Shown here: piece after piece, positions 57,879-64,000 of the stretch | Layout of the letters: each line of letters opens with the position of its first letter | Numbering within the stretch: the first letter of the stretch is position 1 | Assembly (NCBI GenBank): GCA_021324655.1 | Contig: JAJPIP010000060.1 | Location: 228-64,227, forward strand | Direction of reading: 5' to 3' | Origin: Pseudomonadota bacterium | GTDB taxonomy: Bacteria; Chloroflexota; UBA5177 | DNA length: 64,000 nucleotides | Notes under the pieces: generated by a model | Told to the model about the DNA's origin: nothing | Database searches by the model: none | The model's input: only the letters and a program-made list of their open reading frames with translations | Position numbers and translations under genes: made by a program

Positions 57879-58675
57879 TCTGTCTCGCCAAACGGCGACT
57901 TACTGACCTTTGGCGAATTGACGGCGCGGGAAACGTGGCTGCGACCGTGAGCTACGATGCCTGTGGCAACCTGACAAGTGCCACCGGGACGGTCACCACC
58001 CCCTTTGGCTATGCCGGCCAGTACACGGACGCCGAGTCGGGTCTGCAGTACCTGCGCAATCGCTACTACGATCCGAGCACGGAGCAGTTCCTGACCGTGG
58101 ATCCCCTGCAGGCGCTGACCCAGCAGCCGTACGGCTATGCGAGCGACAGTCCAGTGAACTGGGACGATCCGGAGGGACTCACCTCGGCCGGTGTTTGTGT
58201 ATCCGGTCTGGGCGGGTGGGCTTACGGCACTTACAACTCGGCCTGTCTGCAGGTGGTTACTGGTGGCAATGTCGTCAGTGACGTGGTGGGTACGCTCGAA
58301 TGTCTCGGAGGTCTGCTGTCGTCGTGCCTCACCGAACTGGGCCGCGTCGAAACGCTGGGTGCAACCTGGACAACCGGAGGAGGTGCGCAGACGCCGGCAG
58401 CTGGCGCAAGTCTCGGCGTTCAAGTCACGAATGCCACGTCTCTCTGTGATCTCGGGGGCTGGTTTGCGTATGGCGGAGGCAGTGCCTTTGAGCCGGTGAC
58501 TGTGGGGGTAGGTGGCTTCGGTGGACTGGCGGGGAGGATTCTAGGCGGAGAGCTCGATCTTGGTGGAGGGGCCGACTTTCCGGTCCCGGGCGAACTGCAC
58601 GGAGGGATGAGCTACACGTGGACAGAGACGATCTGGACCCGTCACCGCCCGGGGAACAGGCGTCCACACGAATGA
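57875..58675 (+). CDS. Orphan Rhs fragment 1: ~100-aa core remnant plus alternative C-terminal toxin domain
   Basis: [52 protein letters not shown]...PVNWDDPEGL, then an unrelated Gly/Cys-rich tail (58181-58672). 93 bp are identical to the main gene. The ATG overlaps the upstream stop (ATGA). Confidence 0.75.
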   Translation: MICLAKRRLTDLWRIDGAGNVAATVSYDACGNLTSATGTVTTPFGYAGQYTDAESGLQYLRNRYYDPSTEQFLTVDPLQALTQQPYGYASDSPVNWDDPEGLTSAGVCVSGLGGWAYGTYNSACLQVVTGGNVVSDVVGTLECLGGLLSSCLTELGRVETLGATWTTGGGAQTPAAGASLGVQVTNATSLCDLGGWFAYGGGSAFEPVTVGVGGFGGLAGRILGGELDLGGGADFPVPGELHGGMSYTWTETIWTRHRPGNRRPHE

Positions 58676-59214
58676 CCGGTGCGGGAATCGTGCCATCCAT
58701 GATGCGGTCCAACCACGAGTTTGAGACCCCGCTGTCTCCGACCGAGGTTGTACGGCGTATCGAGAGTCTCACCGCGCCTCCAGGGAACGCCTTCACTCGG
58801 CGGCTAGGGATGAATATGGACTACCCGTTGCGCGGCTATGTGACACCGGGCGGGTTCAGAATCACTCGCAACACCAAAGGGTTAAATAGTTGGCGTCCTG
58901 TCGCTGAAGGCGCCGTTTTGGGCAGGCCGAGCGGCAGCCTGGTGACAGTCAACTTTCGGCTCGACGAGCGAGTCCGAATAGTGCAGATAAGCTTTCTAGC
59001 TGTCTGGGCCAGTTTGATGACCCTCGTCAGCGCGACGGCCATCGTGTCCGGCCGCCTAAGTGCGCTCATGCCGGTCGTAGTTCTGGTCCTTATCGCCGGA
59101 CAAGCGATTGCCGCGTATAGGGCTGGTCGCCTCAGCGGAGGCAAGCAGCGAGCCGAGATTCTGGACATCCTTTGCCAGCGACTTGACCTACACCGAGTTG
59201 AAACGCAGGGGTGA
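58672..59214 (+). CDS. Putative immunity protein 2 (soluble N-domain plus 2 TM, 180 aa)
   Basis: ATG 58672 overlaps the orphan-1 stop (ATGA). Hydrophobic segments IVQISFLAVWASLMTLVSATAIV and LMPVVVLVLIAGQAIAAY. Confidence 0.6.
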   Translation: MTGAGIVPSMMRSNHEFETPLSPTEVVRRIESLTAPPGNAFTRRLGMNMDYPLRGYVTPGGFRITRNTKGLNSWRPVAEGAVLGRPSGSLVTVNFRLDERVRIVQISFLAVWASLMTLVSATAIVSGRLSALMPVVVLVLIAGQAIAAYRAGRLSGGKQRAEILDILCQRLDLHRVETQG

Positions 59215-60005
59215 GAGTCGTCCTACCACGCACCTTGACGACTATCGATGGGCCGGGGACCATGGCTGAGATTTTTAGCTACGATGCCTATGGCACCGTG
59301 ACGGGGGCCACCGGGACAGTCACCAGCCCCTTTGGCTATGCCGGCCAGTACACCGATGCCGAGTCCGGACTCCTGTACTTGCGGAACCGCTACTACGATC
59401 CGGAGACCGATCAGTTCCTGACGGTCGATCCTCTGGGGTCGCAGACTCAACAGCCGTACAGCTACGCTACCGACACCCCGCTGAATGTCACGGACCCCTT
59501 GGGGCTCTGTGGTTGCGGGTCAGCGGGAGCTACGGGTTCGGGGCCTCTCGGTTGGATTTGGAACTGGATTCAGCAGCATGCTGGCGAAATCTCCTTGCTA
59601 GCTGGTGTTGCCGGTGTTGCTTTGACCAGCGTTGCCCCCGAGTGGCTACTGATAGCGCTAACAATCATTGCGATAGGCGCCGGGGTTATTGCCGCCTGGC
59701 ACGACTATCAAAACGGTGATTACCTGGCAGCGGCTCTCGATCTCGGGGGAGCGGTCACCGGCGTCCGGGCGCTGCAACTACTTGTGAAAGCCGTCAACCT
59801 CCTGAGGGAGGGAGTGACCTGGGCCAAACTCGCTGGCTTCATGGAGGAATTGGGGAATGATGAGGGGTTCCTGACGGATCTCCGAGCGGCCGAGCGGAGA
59901 GGGCTCGCGGCGGGAGCGGACAAGGAGGCTTCCGACTGGTGGGCATGGAAGAGCAACGATCTTGCCGCGGCGGGGCTCGGTGTTGCGAGGGCTTTTGGAT
60001 GCTGA
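59211..60005 (+). CDS. Orphan Rhs fragment 2: core remnant plus alternative C-terminal domain containing a hydrophobic helical hairpin
   Basis: [53 protein letters not shown]...DPLGLC, then a tail with ISLLAGVAGVALTSVAPEWLLIALTIIAIGAGVIAAW. The GTG overlaps the upstream stop (GTGA). Confidence 0.7.
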   Translation: MRVVLPRTLTTIDGPGTMAEIFSYDAYGTVTGATGTVTSPFGYAGQYTDAESGLLYLRNRYYDPETDQFLTVDPLGSQTQQPYSYATDTPLNVTDPLGLCGCGSAGATGSGPLGWIWNWIQQHAGEISLLAGVAGVALTSVAPEWLLIALTIIAIGAGVIAAWHDYQNGDYLAAALDLGGAVTGVRALQLLVKAVNLLREGVTWAKLAGFMEELGNDEGFLTDLRAAERRGLAAGADKEASDWWAWKSNDLAAAGLGVARAFGC

Positions 60006-60451
60006 CTAGGCGCATCGCCGTCTTGGGCAACTGGTTCGCGTGGCTCGGTACGCCTGCGGATTCCCGGGCCGCTGTCGGCCTCGTCGGTGACCTGCCCGGG
60101 CGGTTCGCGGAGGACTGCCAGAGCGAGACGATTACCCTCGCGTTCGTTTGGGGCGGCCTGGTCATCGTGTTTGCCCTTGGTGCGATCGCCATAGGCGCAG
60201 TGCACTCGGCGATAGCGGGCGGGCACCCGCATGCACTCTTGACTGCCTTTTTCGCGCCCACCATATTTGCACTGACAGGTGTAGTGCTGCAGGGCATCAG
60301 AGCGATGGTGGCATCGGTGCTCGTTTCGAAGATCGGCCGAGGAGGTTACTGGGAGCCTCCTCCAATGGTAAGGTGGCTGCTCACACCACGGGACGCCGAC
60401 CTCCTGGTCCAGCTCGCGGTCGCCGTCCTCTTTGTGCGTGCCAACACCTAG
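59999..60451 (+). CDS. Putative immunity protein 3 (about 3 TM, 150 aa)
   Basis: ATG 59999 overlaps the end of orphan 2 (ATGCTGA). Hydrophobic segments ITLAFVWGGLVIVFALGAIAIGAV, LLTAFFAPTIFALTGVVLQGI and LLVQLAVAVLFV. Confidence 0.55.
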   Translation: MLTRRIAVLGNWFAWLGTPADSRAAVGLVGDLPGRFAEDCQSETITLAFVWGGLVIVFALGAIAIGAVHSAIAGGHPHALLTAFFAPTIFALTGVVLQGIRAMVASVLVSKIGRGGYWEPPPMVRWLLTPRDADLLVQLAVAVLFVRANT

Positions 60452-60463
60452 AGCAGAACGCCG

Positions 60464-60730
60464 ATGTCACAACCCTCCCAGCCTGGTGAAAAAGGGGTGG
60501 GTAAATTGAAGGACTTCTCGCACTCGAAAGTCCTCCCCACCCTCATGCTCGGTCCTCCCAAGCAGCGCGACCTCGATCGCTGTGTCCTGGTCTCCCTCGA
60601 CCGCCTGGTCCCTCCCCACCACGTCTACCGTCATCTCGAACGCACGCTTGATCTGTCCTTTGTCCGGGAGTGCGTCGTCCGCGGTCGTCGTGGGAGCGGG
60701 GTCTGTCTCAACCGGTTGGTCTGCGCCTGA
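60464..60730 (+). pseudogene. IS5/IS1182-family transposase remnant (N-terminal DUF772-like segment only)
   Basis: MLGPPKQRDLDRCVLVSLDRLVPPHHVYRHLERTLDLSFVRE (from 60545) resembles the conserved LVPxDHxYRxLExxLDLSFVR N-terminus. No DDE domain follows. The frame ends at the point where Rhs-core homology resumes. Confidence 0.55.
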
Positions 60731-60745
60731 ACGGGCCCGACCCTG

Positions 60746-61534
60746 GTGGTGCCAGCAGGCGGTCTCCCCTTGGAGCAGATCGCCTCGAACGGGGAAGTCC
60801 TCTACTTCTACCAGGATCAGCCGGGCAGCACCCGGGCGCTGCTCAACCAGAGCGGGACCACCGTGGCGACGTTTGCCTACTTCGCCTATGGGACCCTCAA
60901 GAGCAGTACGGGGACAACGACCACCCCGTTCGGCTTTGCCGGCCAGTACACAGACAGTGAGTGGGGGCTTCTGTACCTGCGGAATCGCTATTACGATCCC
61001 GGGACCGATCAGTTCCTGACGGTCGATCCCCTGTCGTCGCAGACTCAGCAGCCGTATGGCTATGCGGGGGATAACCCAGTGAACTGGGATGATCCCTCGG
61101 GGCTATGCAGGGCGGGCTTCGTCAATCTGCCAGTCGGAGGTCGGGGCAGGTGCTCGGATGAGGTCGACCAAGGCATCCGTGAAGGTGCGCATATCGCGCT
61201 CGACCTTGCCGCCGTCCCGCCATACACTGCTTACTATGTTTCTTACGAGGTTTCGCGACGCGTCAACAGGTGGGGGGCTCAGCACGGGCCAGCGGCGGTC
61301 ATTGCGAGCCGTACTGCAACGGCCCCCCTGATTGTCCCCGAAGGCCTGGGACTCGGGGAAGATGTGGTCATCGACTGGATAAAGGGGCATTCGGTGAACA
61401 ACGAAACCCCTTGCGACGAGGGCAAAGTCGGGTACATCAATCCGCTGCATGCCTACGTGCCTCGCCCCCTCAGGGGGCCTGTCACATATCTGCCCGGCGT
61501 GCACCGCGGTGGCGCCGTCGACTGGGAATGGTAG
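60746..61534 (+). CDS. Orphan Rhs fragment 3: ~120-aa core remnant plus alternative C-terminal toxin domain
   Basis: GLPLEQIASNGEVLYFYQDQPGSTRALL...[34 protein letters not shown]...[19 protein letters not shown], then a unique 141-aa tail (61109-61531). Confidence 0.75.
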   Translation: MVPAGGLPLEQIASNGEVLYFYQDQPGSTRALLNQSGTTVATFAYFAYGTLKSSTGTTTTPFGFAGQYTDSEWGLLYLRNRYYDPGTDQFLTVDPLSSQTQQPYGYAGDNPVNWDDPSGLCRAGFVNLPVGGRGRCSDEVDQGIREGAHIALDLAAVPPYTAYYVSYEVSRRVNRWGAQHGPAAVIASRTATAPLIVPEGLGLGEDVVIDWIKGHSVNNETPCDEGKVGYINPLHAYVPRPLRGPVTYLPGVHRGGAVDWEW

Positions 61535-61538
61535 CGTC

Positions 61539-61796
61539 ATGGATGCTCTTCTCAGCATGGGATTCTTGGCGGTCATTGCCCTCGCAGAGTCGATGGGTGC
61601 TGCCTTGGGCGGCCTGTGGACGTGGCGGCTTCTACGCCGTCGCGCGGTGAATCCCGTACTGGCGATGATCCTTGCGATCGTCGCGGGCATGATCGCGTTT
61701 GGAGGGCCATGGATGGTGCTCGATGTCGTATGGCTTGCCCGGTCCTTTCATCGCCTGTGGGGACGCGCATTCAGGAGGCGGCGGCCAGCGACTTGA
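61539..61796 (+). CDS. Putative immunity protein 4 (2-TM, 85 aa)
   Basis: ATG lies 4 nt after the orphan-3 stop. Hydrophobic segments MDALLSMGFLAVIALAESMGAALGGLW and VLAMILAIVAGMIAFGGPWMVLDVVWL. Confidence 0.5.
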   Translation: MDALLSMGFLAVIALAESMGAALGGLWTWRLLRRRAVNPVLAMILAIVAGMIAFGGPWMVLDVVWLARSFHRLWGRAFRRRRPAT

Positions 61797-61827
61797 CAGG
61801 GATTCGGCCCGAAGAGGGGCTACGCGG

Positions 61828-62091
61828 ATGTATGCCGGTGATGACCCGATGTTCGCGACTGTCCTAGTCACCCTTCTTATCGGTGCGGTCGTAGCGGCGC
61901 GTCGGCTCCGCCCTCGCAACCGCGAGGCCGGACCCCGCGGCGTTGGCCGCGGGGCAGGTAAGCGGAAGGTCGTCGGCATCGCGGCCCGGGGGAAATCGCG
62001 TCGAGCTCTGGGAGCCGGCGCCCGGGGATCGACTGCCGCTGATCCCCGGACACACCACGGGAGCCCCCCTGTCCGGAACTGGCTAGCATGA
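61828..62091 (+). CDS. Possible small protein with one TM helix and a basic tail (87 aa)
   Basis: ATG 61828 lies 8 nt after GAGGGG. MFATVLVTLLIGAVVAA is followed by Arg/Gly/Lys-rich sequence. Weak; this could be non-coding. Confidence 0.25.
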   Translation: MYAGDDPMFATVLVTLLIGAVVAARRLRPRNREAGPRGVGRGAGKRKVVGIAARGKSRRALGAGARGSTAADPRTHHGSPPVRNWLA

Positions 62092-62114
62092 GGGACCAAC
62101 CAAGGGGGCGGGTG

Positions 62115-63500
62115 ATGACCGAGATGAATGACGATTTACTCCGCGACGCCGCGTCGTACGCCGGCCGCTGGCTCGACTATCAGCAGCGTCTGAAGGAGAT
62201 TCCGGCGGTCACGATCGCCATCCGGCACGGCGATGACGTGGTTCTGTCGGCCGGATACGGGCACGCCAACCTGGAGACAGGCGTCCCGGTGACACCGGAC
62301 CACATCTTCCGCGTGGCGTCTCACTCCAAGTGGTTCACCGGAACGGCCATCATGCAGCTCAAAGAGGCCGGCCGGCTGCGCCTCGACGATCCGCTCGGGC
62401 AGTACATTCCATGGCTCCAGCCGCCGCTCGCCGCCGTGACCATCCGGCAGGTGCTGAATCATGCCGGGGGCATCACCCGTGACGGCTACGACAACGATCA
62501 CTGGCAGCTCGAGCACCCCTTTCCCGATGTGGAACAGCTGCGCCGCCTGGTCGAGGAGGGAGGCGAGGTCCTGCCCGCCAACCAGAAGCTCAAATACTCC
62601 AACATCGGCTACTCGCTCCTCGGACTGGTGGTCGAGGCGGCGAGCGGTTCTCCCTATAACCGGTACGTGCGGGAGAACATCGTCGATCGCCTGGGACTGC
62701 AGAACACCGGGCCGGAGACGAACGAGGAGGCGCGGGAACGCATGGTGACCGGGTATACCTCGCGGGCCCTGCTCGAGCCGCGCCTTCCTTTGCCGGATGC
62801 CGACACCCACGCCATGTCGGCGGCGACCGGCTTCTATTCGACCGCGCCCGACCTGACACGCTTTGCCGCCGCGCACTTTCTGGGCAACGACGAGCTGATC
62901 TTGGACGAGTCCAAGCGCGAGATGCAGCGCCCCTACTGGCCGGTGCGGGATGCGGACAGTTATGGCCTGGGCATGATGGTGGCGAGAGTCGGCGAGCGCT
63001 GGATGCCGGGACATGAGGGCGGCTTCCCCGGCCACGCGACGCGCACCCTGCTGGATGCCGGCCAGCAGCTGGCGGTCTCGGTGCTGACCAGTGACTCGGG
63101 AGGTGACGCCGACGCCCTGGCGAAATCCGTGGTCCGGCTCATCGACCTCGCTCTGACGCAAAAGCCCGCCGCGAACCCCACCGAGCTCGATCGCTACACG
63201 GGGCGTTTCAGCAGCCTCTGGGGGTACGTGGATATCGTCCGCCTCGGCAATCAGCTCTTCCTCATCTCCCCGGAGAGCGATAATCCGGCCGCCGACGTGA
63301 CCAGGCTGGAGCCCGTGGAGGTGGACACCCTCAAGATCGAGGAGAAGGAAGGGTACGGCTCCCCCGGTGAGCACGTGCGCTTCATCAGAGACGGCGAGGA
63401 CGCCGTAGAGCGCGTCACGATTGCCGGGGCAACCGTCTATCCGGAAGGGAGGCGGGAGGAGTATCTCCAGCGGCGCCGCCACGAGCTGGCTGCCCGCTGA
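62115..63500 (+). CDS. Serine hydrolase, beta-lactamase/transpeptidase-like family
   Basis: SHSK (SxxK) and YSN motifs. ATG 62115 follows AAGGGGG; the alternative ATG is at 62088. Confidence 0.85.
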   Translation: MTEMNDDLLRDAASYAGRWLDYQQRLKEIPAVTIAIRHGDDVVLSAGYGHANLETGVPVTPDHIFRVASHSKWFTGTAIMQLKEAGRLRLDDPLGQYIPWLQPPLAAVTIRQVLNHAGGITRDGYDNDHWQLEHPFPDVEQLRRLVEEGGEVLPANQKLKYSNIGYSLLGLVVEAASGSPYNRYVRENIVDRLGLQNTGPETNEEARERMVTGYTSRALLEPRLPLPDADTHAMSAATGFYSTAPDLTRFAAAHFLGNDELILDESKREMQRPYWPVRDADSYGLGMMVARVGERWMPGHEGGFPGHATRTLLDAGQQLAVSVLTSDSGGDADALAKSVVRLIDLALTQKPAANPTELDRYTGRFSSLWGYVDIVRLGNQLFLISPESDNPAADVTRLEPVEVDTLKIEEKEGYGSPGEHVRFIRDGEDAVERVTIAGATVYPEGRREEYLQRRRHELAAR

Positions 63501-63651
63501 CGTCTCGGTGCGCAGGGTCAGAGCCGCGATCGCATGATGCCCTGAATGTGGCAAGGGTGCTGTCCGGCCCGGATATTGCGGGCGGAGGGGTCTGAGGATC
63601 CTCCGGGCGGGGACACCTCGCCGGCTTCGCCGGGTACTTGAGGCGGCTGCG

Positions 63652-64000
63652 ATGTGCGTGAACTGCGCCCGTTTCCGGGGAGGGCACGGGCGCGACGGGC
63701 AACATGGCGTCGGCGCAGATCGATCCGATCTGAGCGTCGTTGCCTCCTGCCTCGATATTCCGATCAGCCGGGCACGCCTGCTGGCAGGCCTCGGGGCCGG
63801 CCTTGCCGGACTGGCGACGGGCGGTCTCTGGAGAGCATCCGCTGACGCCGCCGGTCTTCCTTATATCGTGCTCATCGTGCTGGATGGGGCCAGGCCCGAA
63901 TACCTGGCAGCGCCCGGCCTTCCGCACGTCGCCGGCCTCATCCGGCATGGGACGCAGTACACCAATGCCTTCGCCGGCATCCTGGAGTCGGAAACTCCGT
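63652..64000 (+). CDS. Alkaline-phosphatase-superfamily protein (type I phosphodiesterase / nucleotide pyrophosphatase-like), N-terminal part; continues beyond the window
   Basis: The frame is open to the window end. ISRARLLAGLGAGLAGLATGG is signal/Tat-like. LPYIVLIVLDGARPEYL is the typical metal-site N-terminal strand. The start is uncertain (ATG 63652 or GTG 63658). Confidence 0.6.
   Translation, partial: MCVNCARFRGGHGRDGQHGVGADRSDLSVVASCLDIPISRARLLAGLGAGLAGLATGGLWRASADAAGLPYIVLIVLDGARPEYLAAPGLPHVAGLIRHGTQYTNAFAGILESETP

Noticed and set aside
62136-63554. 472-aa minus-strand ORF opposite the serine hydrolase gene
   Set aside because: It is a shadow ORF. The plus-strand frame carries the SxxK and YxN motifs.

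Overview
GC-rich bacterial chromosomal segment (judged by eye to be well above 60% G+C, with strong G/C third-codon-position bias; not computed). I support about 70 protein-coding genes. I saw no rRNA, tRNA or CRISPR array, but this was an eye scan only. Gene content and the REP-like GGGGGTGAGGGC / CCCCTCTCCC elements suggest a GC-rich terrestrial or thermophilic lineage such as Chloroflexota/Thermomicrobia or an actinobacterium; that is a guess I cannot verify here. From 1 to about 49 kb the window is mostly ordinary or accessory metabolism: 5-oxoprolinase subunits, a Xi-class GST, a radical-SAM protein, an XI-like isomerase/xylulokinase/SDR operon, four Gfo/Idh/MocA oxidoreductases paired with xylose-isomerase-like TIM-barrel or ThuA proteins, a GH4 + BadF-type kinase + MFS cluster, two large PAS-GGDEF-EAL proteins, a MacB-type ABC exporter with an SGNH lipoprotein, CrcB, a map/PIMT-like/APH(6)-like operon, an orphan Flp pilin, VapBC and an S9 peptidase. 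The most interesting region is 52-62 kb. It holds a Sec-signal-bearing 1,838-aa Rhs (YD-repeat) polymorphic toxin, followed by three displaced Rhs-core-remnant/toxin-tip ORFs. Each toxin tip is followed by a small membrane protein that I infer to be an immunity protein, and an IS5/IS1182-type transposase remnant sits inside the array. I do not recognise any of the four toxin tips. Other points worth a second look: a 39-bp direct repeat covering a stop/SD/start junction that brackets a 2.36-kb segment and truncates a DinB-like gene; a MITE/REP-like inverted element; a 22-bp perfect hairpin; a 30-codon hydrophobic ORF with a strong SD; and a 38-codon ORF coupled to the PIMT-like/kinase operon. 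Many long ORFs in the track are antisense or alternate-frame shadows typical of high-GC DNA, and I rejected them.
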